Source: a virus (Duplodnaviria > Caudoviricetes). Taken from it: a stretch of 64,000 bases of DNA. The position numbers were made by a program, and so were the translations under genes. The notes beneath the pieces are model-generated. The model saw only the letters and a list, made by a program, of their open reading frames with translations, did not search any database and was not told the origin of the DNA. The DNA is taken from IMG/VR virus record IMGVR_UViG_2773857985_000001, positions 17,890 to 81,889 of that record. One strand, written 5' to 3'. Positions 48,798 to 58,300 of this stretch are shown here, piece by piece (positions within the stretch are counted from its first letter, which is position 1; each line of letters starts with the position of its first letter).

Positions 48798-50120
48798 TCA
48801 GGCGGCACCGCCCAGCGGCTGCGCGGCGATCTCCAGAACGGAGAGGTGCCGCGGAAGGCAGGTGGCGAGGTCGGTGTCCTGGTAGGCGCCTGCTGCGGCT
48901 GCGGCGGCGAGGACGTCGTTGAGGTAGAAGTCGCCGTCGGCGACCACGCGGTTGTAGTGGTTCATGAACGCGCTTCGCTCTTCGGCCTCGGGCCACCGGT
49001 TGGCACCCGCGCGGAAGCTGCGCGACCAAAGGTCGACAGCACGGTGCCGGAATGCATCGACGCCGGTGTACTCAAGTTCGTTCGGGCGCAGTCCGTGGTG
49101 CAGCTCCGAGGAGTGGTGGGAGCCGGCGAGGAGTGCGGCGCGCCTGATGCGGTCCAGCGAGACGCCGCCATCCGCGAGGTCGTCGACCTGGTTCTGGACG
49201 ACCCTGAGCAGGAACGTGTCCGGTGGCTCAATGTACGTGGATAGCCCGTCGAGCTCGGTCCAGGCGTCGCACCACTCGATGACGACGTCGGCACGTTCCT
49301 GGTCGGTGGCCCCGGCCATCGCATCCTGGATGGTTGAGACGCCTGTGGATCCGCCGAAGATGGCCGCCCTGATCACCTGCTCGGGGTCTGTCCATTCGCT
49401 ACATGCCTCAAGTTCCATGAGGCTGCGCGCGAACTGGGCGCGCAGTTCGCCCGAGGGCTCCGCTTCCAGATCAGATGCCCACGCGCGGGCCCAGCGGTCG
49501 ACGGCCGCCTGTCCGATCAGGCTGAGCGAGCCGGGGGCCTTCTTCGTTGACGGGGTGACGATCTCTTGCGCGCGCTCATGGAGTTCCTTGACCATGCGCC
49601 AGCCGATTCCGCAGGCGTAGCGAAAGGTGTTGTCGATCCTGACCGTGGGGTTGGTCATGGCCTTCTCGACGATGTCGGGCCAGACTTCCTGCGGCAGGCC
49701 GGCCGCATAGAAGGCGTCGAGGCTGCCCTTCCAACTGTCGGGCAGTTCGACGCGCTCGGTTTTCCAGCCGTTCTCTCGAGTCCATCCGCTCCAGGTCTTC
49801 CTGAAGGACTCGCGGTACTCGTTCTTCGGCGCCTGCAGCTGGCGGAGATCCTCCGCCGCCTGCTTCATGGCGTCAGCCCAGCGGAGGGCGTCGTCGCTGA
49901 CGTTGGCTACGACGGCGGAGTCGACGGTTGCGCTGCTCTTGCCGCTGTTGCACGGCTCGCAGCTGGCGACGAGGTTGTCGGGCGTGTCGGTGCCGCCGAG
50001 CGCGACGGGGGTGACGTGATCGACGCGCAGCGGGACGTCCGGGGCGGACGTGCCGCAGTAGCGGCAGGTGTGGTTGTCCCTGCGGAGGATCTCGTAGCGG
50101 AGTCGCTTGGAGACGGCCAT
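48798..50120 (-). CDS. HNH endonuclease with long repeated helical C-terminus
   Basis: LRYEILRRDNHTCRYCG...VDHV.P...GG...DNLVASCEPCNSGK. Confidence 0.9.
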   Translation of the reverse strand: MAVSKRLRYEILRRDNHTCRYCGTSAPDVPLRVDHVTPVALGGTDTPDNLVASCEPCNSGKSSATVDSAVVANVSDDALRWADAMKQAAEDLRQLQAPKNEYRESFRKTWSGWTRENGWKTERVELPDSWKGSLDAFYAAGLPQEVWPDIVEKAMTNPTVRIDNTFRYACGIGWRMVKELHERAQEIVTPSTKKAPGSLSLIGQAAVDRWARAWASDLEAEPSGELRAQFARSLMELEACSEWTDPEQVIRAAIFGGSTGVSTIQDAMAGATDQERADVVIEWCDAWTELDGLSTYIEPPDTFLLRVVQNQVDDLADGGVSLDRIRRAALLAGSHHSSELHHGLRPNELEYTGVDAFRHRAVDLWSRSFRAGANRWPEAEERSAFMNHYNRVVADGDFYLNDVLAAAAAAGAYQDTDLATCLPRHLSVLEIAAQPLGGAA

Positions 50121-50199
50121 TGAGTGGTGTCCTTTGATCGTTTTGCGCTGGTCGTTCTGAGGGCGCAAAGGGGTAGACGGGGGGCTCGACTTGACGCCT

Positions 50200-50273
50200 C
50201 CGTGTACGTACACGACCTTACCGGTCGTGTACGTACACGGCAACGCCCTATCTGGCGCTCGTGTACACACACG
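50200..50273. promoter_or_regulatory. Operator array
   Basis: CGTGTACGTACACG at 50201 and 50226; variant CGTGTACACACACG at 50260. Confidence 0.8.
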
Positions 50274-50288
50274 CGCTACGCTCGGACC

Positions 50289-50540
50289 ATGGCCCCGAAG
50301 GAGACCCACACGACCGCCCGTCCCGTCCGTATCCCGCAGAAGGACTGGGATGACTTCGGCGTGCTCGTGGGAGAACGGGAGCGGTCCCGCCTGGTCCGCG
50401 AATTCATCGCCTGGTACCTGCGCCGGCCGAAGGCGACGCTCCCCAAGCGGCCAGACGCGTCCCCGCGGCCTGACGTGACCCTCCGACGGGACGACGACAC
50501 CACCGTGGTCTTCGAAGCGAAGTACAACCGGAACGCCTGA
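50289..50540 (+). CDS. Ribbon-helix-helix regulator, probably leaderless
   Basis: ARPVRIPQKDWDDF...RSRLVREFIAWYL; TACGCT -10 at 50277. Confidence 0.8.
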   Translation: MAPKETHTTARPVRIPQKDWDDFGVLVGERERSRLVREFIAWYLRRPKATLPKRPDASPRPDVTLRRDDDTTVVFEAKYNRNA

Positions 50541-50568
50541 CATCCCCGCCTCCTTTCGTTCGTCCTCC

Positions 50569-50592
50569 GGGCCCCGCCGCGTGGCGGGGCCT
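50569..50592. terminator. Stem-loop between convergent genes
   Basis: GGCCCCGCC-GCGT-GGCGGGGCC then TTTGT. Confidence 0.7.
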
Positions 50593-50602
50593 TTGTCGTG
50601 GG

Positions 50603-51484
50603 CTATGCGGCGGCTGGCCGCTTGCGGTCGCGCCTCTGTCCGGTGCGCCATTCCTGGACGACCTGCCGGACGGTGGAGATGGCGACTTCGTCGTTGAGCC
50701 GGTCGACGATCTGCTCGGGGCTGTGGCCGCACCAGGCGAGGTGCTCGATCTCCTCGCGGCGGAGCTGGGCACGCTCGAAGAAGTTGAGTTCGCGCAGGGT
50801 CTCGGCCGGGTCGTAGGCGGGGTCGTCCAGCGCTTCGTCGTCCCAGTAGGCGGTGCCCACCCAGCCTTTGGAGGCGGCCCGGCTGCGGGTGCGTTCGGCG
50901 ATGTGGGGGGCGATGCCGTGGTCTTCGGGCTTGAGGCCGTCGAGTTCGGTGTAGAGCTTGGTGACGTAGTCGGCGACCCAGCGGCGGACGGTTGTGGTCT
51001 CTGTCTGGTTTTGCAGGTAGACGATGAACTGTTTGTGGCGGGAGCAGCGGTGGGCGAGTTCGGTTGCGGTCCAGCCGTCGGCGGCGAGCGCGCGCAGCCG
51101 GCGGACGGTGCCGAGGCCGGAGGTTTGGCTGCCGGATCCGGGGAGGTCGGTGTTGGTGGCCTTGAGGGCGAGTACGCGCGTTTCGGTGGAGCGGTGGATG
51201 GTGCCTTCGTCGCCGTCGCGGACGATGCGGTAGAGCACGTTCTCGCTGATGAGGGCGTCGGCCATGATTTGGCGGTCGGGCATGCCGGCGTCGCGGAGGC
51301 GGGCGATGTGTCGGGCGGCCCGGTGGGTGGTGGTGAGGAGGCCGCGTCCGGTGGCGCGGAGGTAGCGTCCGCGACGGACTTCGGCGGTGACGGCGGTGGT
51401 GCACGGGCGGCATTTGCATCCGCGGCGGTAGCGGCGGGGGTCTCCGTGGTCGAAGGCTTCGGCGGGGATGGCGGGGCGGCCCAT
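50603..51484 (-). CDS. Zn-binding/HTH DNA-binding protein
   Basis: HG..RYRRGCKCRPC; GTVRRLRALAADGW; C-terminal HTH-like segment. Confidence 0.7.
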   Translation of the reverse strand: MGRPAIPAEAFDHGDPRRYRRGCKCRPCTTAVTAEVRRGRYLRATGRGLLTTTHRAARHIARLRDAGMPDRQIMADALISENVLYRIVRDGDEGTIHRSTETRVLALKATNTDLPGSGSQTSGLGTVRRLRALAADGWTATELAHRCSRHKQFIVYLQNQTETTTVRRWVADYVTKLYTELDGLKPEDHGIAPHIAERTRSRAASKGWVGTAYWDDEALDDPAYDPAETLRELNFFERAQLRREEIEHLAWCGHSPEQIVDRLNDEVAISTVRQVVQEWRTGQRRDRKRPAAA

Positions 51485-51774
51485 TACTTCTCCTTCCGGG
51501 GCGGGGTGTCGGTGTTCCAGGTGGTGCGGCAGGTGTTGAGGAGCTGGTTGTCGGTGCCGGGCTGGGTGTCTTCCGCGGGCCGGGTGTCGGCGAGGAGTTC
51601 GCGGGCGGCGGTGATGCGGTCGTGGGCGTCGGCGAGGCGGTCGAGGGTGCGCCAGGTGAGGCGTCCTATGAGCCACCAGGCGGCGGCGAGGACCACGCCG
51701 GGCCCGAAGGTGTCGATCTGGGTGTCGAGCCAGGTGTAGGCGTCGATGGCGGCGGCCAGCTGGTCGACGGTCAC
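51484..51774 (-). CDS. Hypothetical membrane protein
   Basis: One hydrophobic segment; coupled. Confidence 0.55.
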   Translation of the reverse strand: MTVDQLAAAIDAYTWLDTQIDTFGPGVVLAAAWWLIGRLTWRTLDRLADAHDRITAARELLADTRPAEDTQPGTDNQLLNTCRTTWNTDTPPRKEK

Positions 51775-52763
51775 GACGCCTCCCCGAGGTCGAAGGTGAG
51801 CTGTTCCTCCCGGGCTGTGGGGAGCTCGACGACGTCGGTCTTCGGCAGGGGCTGGGCGAGCATGTCGGCGAGGGCGTCGAACTCGGCCATGGCGTCGCGG
51901 ACGTTGTCGCGGAGTTCGTCGAGGATCTCCATCGGGTTCCGGAACTCCGTCTCCGGCTGCTCCGGGATCTCACGCGTCGGCCAGGTGGTGGGCTTGGCGT
52001 TGGCGGGCCGGCTAGCTGGGATGGTGACGATGACGGTGTCCACATCGGTGCCGGACTCCTTGAACGCGCCGCCAGCGACCGCTTCGACGGTGCCGCCGCG
52101 GGCTTCGACGAGTGATCGAAACTTGGCGGTCTTCCGGCCCTGGAACGTGACCGCCCACGACATGACCGACACGAGCAGCCCGTCGGGCTTGAGGAAGCGC
52201 AGGGCGTGTTCGATGTGCTGCATGTCGGCGCCCTTGGTGAACGGCGGGTTCATGACGATGCGGTCGTAGCAGGGCTGGGCGGGGACGGTGAGGAAGTCGG
52301 CGACGGTCAGGGTGCGGGCGACGCCGGTGTCGGTGAGGACGGCGGCGTATCCGGGGTCGCGTTCGATGCAGTCGACGACCGCGCCCGCGGTGGTGGCTGC
52401 GGTGGCGATGGCGCCGGAGCCGGCCGACGGTTCGAGTACTTCCATGCCCGGCTTGATCGCGGCGAGGTCGATGAGGCGCTGTACGACGGCACTCGGGGTG
52501 GGAAAGTACTGGGCGCTCTGCCGCTTCTCCCGCAGCGTTACGACCTGCCCCGACTCCAGGACGGGGGCGAGCGCCTGGGCGGCGTCGACGGGGAAGACGT
52601 GGGCCTGCTCGTTGGTCGTCCACCGGCCACCGACCGCCTCGAGGACTTCGTTGACCCGCTGGTACAGCTTCGGGTCCATGCGCGGGCCGGTGAGGACCAG
52701 GTGCGTGCCGTCGATGGCGGTCCGCTCCCGCAGCGCGGTGAGGATGTCGTCGGTGAGCTTCAC
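51771..52763 (-). CDS. Amino-methyltransferase, probably DNA N6-adenine
   Basis: QYFPTP, VLEPSAGSGAI, DRIVMNPPF. Confidence 0.85.
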   Translation of the reverse strand: MKLTDDILTALRERTAIDGTHLVLTGPRMDPKLYQRVNEVLEAVGGRWTTNEQAHVFPVDAAQALAPVLESGQVVTLREKRQSAQYFPTPSAVVQRLIDLAAIKPGMEVLEPSAGSGAIATAATTAGAVVDCIERDPGYAAVLTDTGVARTLTVADFLTVPAQPCYDRIVMNPPFTKGADMQHIEHALRFLKPDGLLVSVMSWAVTFQGRKTAKFRSLVEARGGTVEAVAGGAFKESGTDVDTVIVTIPASRPANAKPTTWPTREIPEQPETEFRNPMEILDELRDNVRDAMAEFDALADMLAQPLPKTDVVELPTAREEQLTFDLGEAS

Positions 52764-53140
52764 GCTGCGGCCCTCCTGGCGGCGGCCTGGCGGGCGGCGC
52801 GACGCTGGGCGGCTATGCGGCGGCCCTTGTGGGTGAGGGTCCAGACCCCGATTCGGTGTCCGTGGGTGCTGGCCTGGGTGGAGGGCACAGTGCGTCCGGT
52901 GTGCTGGATGATTCCGCCGCGGCTGAGCGCGTTGATGGCGGCGCCGAGGAAGCCGTGGCCCAACTCGGGCAGCACGTCACGCAGGTCGTTGCAGGAGAAG
53001 TCGTTGTGGCGCTGGCCGAAGTGGAAGACGGCCTGCTCGACGAGGAACTGGTCCCAGGAGGACTGGTCGTAGATCTCCTCGAGGAGGAAGTCCTTCTCGG
53101 CGGAGGCGAGTCGTTCAGCGGGTGTGAGCTTGCGGGCCAT
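52760..53140 (-). CDS. Hypothetical winged-helix-like protein
   Basis: FSCNDLR...LGAAI...S...THGHRI.VW. Confidence 0.6.
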   Translation of the reverse strand: MARKLTPAERLASAEKDFLLEEIYDQSSWDQFLVEQAVFHFGQRHNDFSCNDLRDVLPELGHGFLGAAINALSRGGIIQHTGRTVPSTQASTHGHRIGVWTLTHKGRRIAAQRRAARQAAARRAAA

Positions 53141-53219
53141 AGTGGGCTCCCTCGGTGTGTGGTGTGCTGGATGGTGGGGCTGCCGCAGGTTCGGGCCGCG
53201 GCAGCCCCAGCGGGTCCGG

Positions 53220-53618
53220 TTAGCAGACGGTGTCGGCGAGCTGTGCCTGGACGGCGGCGAGCACGTCGTCGTCCGCCGTCCAGAAGCCGAGGGCGCCCTT
53301 GGCGGGTACGGGCTCGGGCAGGGCGATCACGTCGGCGAGGGTCCAGTGGTAGAGGCCGGGCTGGGCCCAGTAGCTGCAGCAGACCTGGTTGCCGTTGTCG
53401 TAGTGGCAGCCGGTGATCGTGGCGACGGCGACGATCGCGGAGTACACGTCGAGGTGCTCGCCGTACACCTGCGCGTGGCGGTCGGGCTGGGCTCCGGCGT
53501 GGATGAGGATGCGGGCGCCCTCGTACTTCGCGGGCAGCCTCCACGAGCGGTTCTCGACCCGCTTCGTTCCGTGGGCGATCGCGCCCGCCCACGGCTGGCG
53601 GATGGTCAATGCCTTCAT
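53220..53618 (-). CDS. ASCH domain protein
   Basis: ALTIRQPWAGAIAHGTKRVENRSW...ILIHAG...KGALGFW. Confidence 0.9.
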   Translation of the reverse strand: MKALTIRQPWAGAIAHGTKRVENRSWRLPAKYEGARILIHAGAQPDRHAQVYGEHLDVYSAIVAVATITGCHYDNGNQVCCSYWAQPGLYHWTLADVIALPEPVPAKGALGFWTADDDVLAAVQAQLADTVC

Positions 53619-53689
53619 CAGGTGGTTTCCTTGTCGGGTGATGGGGCCGCCCGCGATACGCCCGCGGGCGGCCCTGTTGCGTGTGCGGG

Positions 53690-54523
53690 CTACTGCTGGG
53701 CGGGCGCCGTGGCCGGCTTGTCGGTGTTGCCGCCGGTCAGCTCGTCGGCGGACACGCGGGGCGCCGGGAACTCGTCCTCGGCGGTGACCTCGCCGCGCTG
53801 GATCGACTTGTAGATGACCAGGAGCTGGGCGACGTCGTGCTCGGTCCACTTCGTCGACGGCCGGTCGAATCGGTTCTCGATGCGGTCGGCGGTGACGCCG
53901 ATGCCCTCGAAGACCTTGATGGCGTCCGCGATGCGCTGAGCGAGGGGCTTGCCGCCGCCGTCCCGCAACGTCTGGTTGCACAGTTCCTTGGCCTCTTCGA
54001 CGAACCAGGGCGGGAGGATCGCGAAGATCGCCTCGCGGACGCGGCGGGCACCGTTGTTGGCGTTCGTCTCATAGATGTCGCGCATGTCGGTGAGCTGCTT
54101 CGGCCCGTTCTTCGTGTCGCGGCGGTGCGGAACGATGAACGTTGAGCTGTTGCGGGAGTTGGTCTGGACGTCCCAGGCGAAGGCCTGCATCTCGGACTGG
54201 CCGTACTCGTCGTCGCGGCGCATCTCGACGAGGCCGTACTGGACGTTGCCCCAGACGCGGGCCAGTTCGCGGGCGAGGTGGACGGAGGCGCCGGTGACGG
54301 TGGAGCCGCCGCGGGAGTAGCGGAAGAAGGCCCGCTCGGCGAGGCCCTGCTGCTTGCAGGACTCGCGCATTTCGGCGACGGCGGCCTGGATGTTGCGGGG
54401 GCACTGCTGGGCGACGACGACCGCGGCCTGGACCTCGGCGGCGGCGCGGGACTGTTCGACGGCGGTGCCCTGACCGATGCGGGCCGGCGCCGTGGTGGAC
54501 GGGACGGGGATGGGCTGGTTCAC
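53690..54523 (-). CDS. Putative single-strand annealing protein (RecE partner)
   Basis: EQSRA.AEVQA...PR...G.SVHLARELARVWGN; coupled to the exonuclease. Confidence 0.6.
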   Translation of the reverse strand: MNQPIPVPSTTAPARIGQGTAVEQSRAAAEVQAAVVVAQQCPRNIQAAVAEMRESCKQQGLAERAFFRYSRGGSTVTGASVHLARELARVWGNVQYGLVEMRRDDEYGQSEMQAFAWDVQTNSRNSSTFIVPHRRDTKNGPKQLTDMRDIYETNANNGARRVREAIFAILPPWFVEEAKELCNQTLRDGGGKPLAQRIADAIKVFEGIGVTADRIENRFDRPSTKWTEHDVAQLLVIYKSIQRGEVTAEDEFPAPRVSADELTGGNTDKPATAPAQQ

Positions 54524-55383
54524 GCGTACTCCTCTTGGTCGCGCCGCTCGGCCCAGGCGGGCAGCGGCAGGTAGGTGATGCGGTCGTTGAAGCCGGGCCA
54601 GCTGCCGGTGCGCTCGCATTCGGCGTAAATCCGCAGGGCGCGCTCGTTGCGGGCGCCGCCGAGGGCGAGGGCGGGGAAGTCGAGCTCGACGAGGTGCACC
54701 AGGTAGGGCGCGGTTTTCGCCTGGAACACGAAGATGAACGCGGGCTCCTGGTCGCCGTGGAGGCCGGCGGTCTTGACGCCGTCGAGGTAGAAGGCGGCCT
54801 GTGCGTGGTAGCCACGGTCGTAGACGGCTTTGGCGAGGGCTGCTTCGTCTACGGCTTTGGCGGTCTTGTAGTCGACGACGACGAGGCGGCCGTTCTCCTG
54901 TCGGGTGGGCATCCAGTCGGGTCGGCAGCGGCAGCGGACTCCGGTGCGGCGGTCTGTCCAGTAGATCGACTGCTCTGCCACTCCCCTGCCGGGCGTGAAT
55001 AGCGGCCCGGCGATGGGGTGCTGGCGGATGGCGTCGGCCATCGCCTGGACCATGTCGTGGTCCTTGGTGAGCAGCGGCACCTTGCCCGCCAGGTAGGCGT
55101 CGTCGCGCTGGATTTGGGCGTCCTTCTTCCGCCAGTCCGGGAAGTCGATGACCTCCAGTTCGGGCCCCTCCCCCAGCACGTAGAGGTGGGCGGCGTGCCC
55201 GAGGTCGAAGTCCTTCTTCGGCGGGGTGGGGTGGTCGCGGTCGTACTTGAACTGGGCGGGGCAGCCGGGCGCGAGGAGGGCACGCAGCCCGGACGAGGAG
55301 ATCGACGTGCGGTCGGCGTGGTACTCCTCGGCGGACAGTCCGTCGATGACCTTCGGCGCCTCGACCTCGACGGCGGCGGTCAC
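54520..55383 (-). CDS. RecE/ExoVIII-like PD-(D/E)XK exonuclease
   Basis: EEYHAD...SSSG; GHAAH; RCRPDW; VDYKT; YHAQAAFY. Confidence 0.9.
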   Translation of the reverse strand: MTAAVEVEAPKVIDGLSAEEYHADRTSISSSGLRALLAPGCPAQFKYDRDHPTPPKKDFDLGHAAHLYVLGEGPELEVIDFPDWRKKDAQIQRDDAYLAGKVPLLTKDHDMVQAMADAIRQHPIAGPLFTPGRGVAEQSIYWTDRRTGVRCRCRPDWMPTRQENGRLVVVDYKTAKAVDEAALAKAVYDRGYHAQAAFYLDGVKTAGLHGDQEPAFIFVFQAKTAPYLVHLVELDFPALALGGARNERALRIYAECERTGSWPGFNDRITYLPLPAWAERRDQEEYA

Positions 55384-58300
55384 GCGACACCGTCCAGGGG
55401 CATGGGGCGGGCGCACGGCTCGCACAGGCCGTCGGGCGTGAACGGTCCGTCGGTGCCCCAGCAGCGCTTGCAGGTGATCGGCGTGGGCTGGAGTCCGGCG
55501 ATCCGCTGGAGGGTGGCGATGCCTTCCTCGTCGTACTTGGCGAGGGCGATGGCGGCGCCGTAGTCGGGGAAGGTGGCGGTGAGTTTGGCCTGGTGGACCA
55601 TGTCGGCGCGGTCGATGAGGCTGATCAGGTCTGCGGTCCAGTCGCCGGCTGGGTAGCCGCCGCGCCCGTAGTGGGAGAGGACGTGGGCGGCGACTTCGGC
55701 GGGAATGCTGGGGTTTGTGGTGCTCATCTGGTGCTCCTGAGGGTGTGCGGGGTGGTGGCGGCCCGTCCCGACGGGGGGAGGTGCGGGACGGGCCGCCTGG
55801 GATGCCGCGGAGCGTGGGGGTCGCCCAGCGCGGCGGGTATGGGGTTGTGGAGGCGGGTCAGGTGGCGACGAGGAGGCCGCGGGTCTTCTCCATCAGCCGG
55901 TCGTAGTAGCCGGTGAGGTCGAAGCCGGGGTCGCCGCGGAGTGCGTCGGCGCTGCGCGTCCAGTCCGCGAAGTCAGCGACCTCACAGGCGGCAGTCACGG
56001 CCTCCTCCTTGGTGGTGAAGGCGGCCATGGCGTAGCCGGAGTGGTGTCCGAGCCGCCAGGGGTGGGTCGTGTCGTCACCGGGGCCGCGGAGTTCGGCGGG
56101 CTGCTCGTAGACGTGCAGGCCGGGCACGGGCTCGATAGCGAGGACGAGGACGGGCGTCGCGCCGGCGCGGGCGATCACCTCATGGGTTGCGGCATTCAAG
56201 GGGTCCTCCGTGATCTACTGGTGTCGGACCCCCGAGCGGTGCAAGCGCTCGGGGTTCTTTCTTGGGCGCCGCCCGCGCCGGCCGGTGTCTTCCGGCGGGG
56301 CGGCGGGTCAGGCGGCCGGGTAGGTCGGCCAGGGCTGCGGCACGTCGATGAGGGCGATCTCCTGCGTCTCGTCGTTGCTGGTGTCGCGGTGCGGCACCGG
56401 CGAGACGTAGGGCAGGACGACGGTCGGCGAGTAGGGCCGGACGAGGTCGGTGGGGACTTCGCGGATGCGGGGCCGGGCGTTGATGACGGCGCGGCGGAGG
56501 CGTTCCTGTTCGGCCTTGGCGCGGATCGTGGTCCGGCGGAGTTCCGCGTTCGCTTCCTTGATCGCCTCGTTCTCGGCGCGGAGTTCGGCGATGGCCATGG
56601 CGTCCTGGCAGCCGCGGATCAGCGCCGTGTGGAGCTGCTGCTCACGCTCTTCGACGGCCCCGGTGAGGACGGTGTTGTCGTCTTCGATGCGGCGGGTGTG
56701 GGCGAGGAGCTTCTGGTACGGCTGGCTGTGCTTGCCGCCCGCGATGACGGTGAGGGTGCTCACTGGTGCCCCTTTCGCTGGAGGTATTCGACGAGGCCGA
56801 GGATCAGAAGCGGCATGATCAGGACGAAGGGGGCGGCTATCGCGATCACGACGCCTCCGCGGGCAGGGGCAGGTCGGTGACCGTTCGGCTCCTGGGCTGC
56901 GGCATGGCCACCACGTCGGCCGGGCCATCGCCCGGCCCGCACTGCGGGGAGTTGCCGGCGAGGCAGATCCGTTCGACCTGCCGCATCGCCGCGGAGGCCT
57001 TCTCGTCCCACTCCACGCGCCGCTGCTCGCGGAGCTCGCGCATGTTGTCGCCGACGTATTGGAACGGTGAGCCGGGGTTGCCGGGCCAGCGGTCGCCGGT
57101 GTCCGGGTCGAAGTGCATGTTGCGGTAGTCCAGCCACATCTGGTGGTGGACCGGGCAGACGTCCTTGGGTGGGCTGACGTTGAACCGCTCGTCCGGCGGG
57201 TACATGCGGTTGTCGGCGCGGTGCTGCTGCTGGCGCCATGCGGCGGCTTCCCACGTGCGCCACTGCCGCTTGAGGTGCTCGGGCACCGGGGCGCCGATGA
57301 ACGTGTCGGGAGCGGTGTTCACGGCTTCTCCAGGAAAGTGCGGTCGATGTAGCCGGCGGCTTCGGTCTCCCGGAAGCTGGCGGCGGTGCGGAGTTCGTGG
57401 CCGCGTTCGCGTTCGGCGGTGATCGCGGCTTCCAGGGCGGCTTCGCGGGCCACGAGTTCGTCGATGGCGGCCTGCGGGTCGACGGGCGCGGTCATGCTGC
57501 GGCCTGTCGGAGGACGTGCCGGTAGAGGGCGGCGGTCGCGGGGCGCGGGGTGGGGATGAGCGGCCCGTGCCACGCGTACAGGTCGGGCAGCGAGACCAGC
57601 GGCGGCAGGAAGATGACGCTCCCCCGCTCGGTCGCCCCCATCCACGGTTCGCCGGTCTCGTTCCAGTCGCCGGACCACTGCCATTCGACGCCGGTCACGT
57701 CGGTGTGGGTGACGGCCAGGTCGAAGCAGACACCGTCATGCAGGTAGGTGGTCATGCCGTGGTCTCCTGCTCGTGGGTGCGGAGCCACTGGCGGCGGTGG
57801 TTGTAGCGGACGTGGACCTTCTCGATCTCGGTGACGTACTCGGTCGGCGTCCACGGCTTCAGGCCGCGGGCCCGCCGCGCCATCTCCGCTTCGATGCGGG
57901 CGAGGGCGTCCTGTTCGAGGTCGGCGAGCGGTCGGGGCTCGATGACGGTCGCCATGTCAGGCCACCTCGCGGAGTCGGCGGGCCCGGTTGTCGGCGGCGG
58001 CTTGGGCGGCGACGGTGGCGAGTTTGTCGACGGCGTGCTGGGCGGTGAGGGGCAGGGCGATGGAGATGGGGCCGAGGAGGATGAAGGCGTGCCCGTCGTG
58101 GACTTCGAAGGCGACCTCGTCGGGGTTGGTGCCGAGGATGATCGTCTGGTTGAGGATGCTGGTGTCGCTCACGCCGCCGCCTCCTCGAACGCGCCCTTGA
58201 CCATGGCGTTGTGGGTGTCGGCGGCGGTGTTGTAGCAGCCCATGCAGAGGAAGCTGACGGGCATCTCCTCGTCGGGGCTGTGCCAGGGCTGGGCGGGCGG

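Noticed and set aside
48798-51419. 873-aa ORF as one protein
   Set aside because: The N-terminal half is Arg/Pro-rich out-of-frame overlap of other genes; the real HNH gene starts at 50120.
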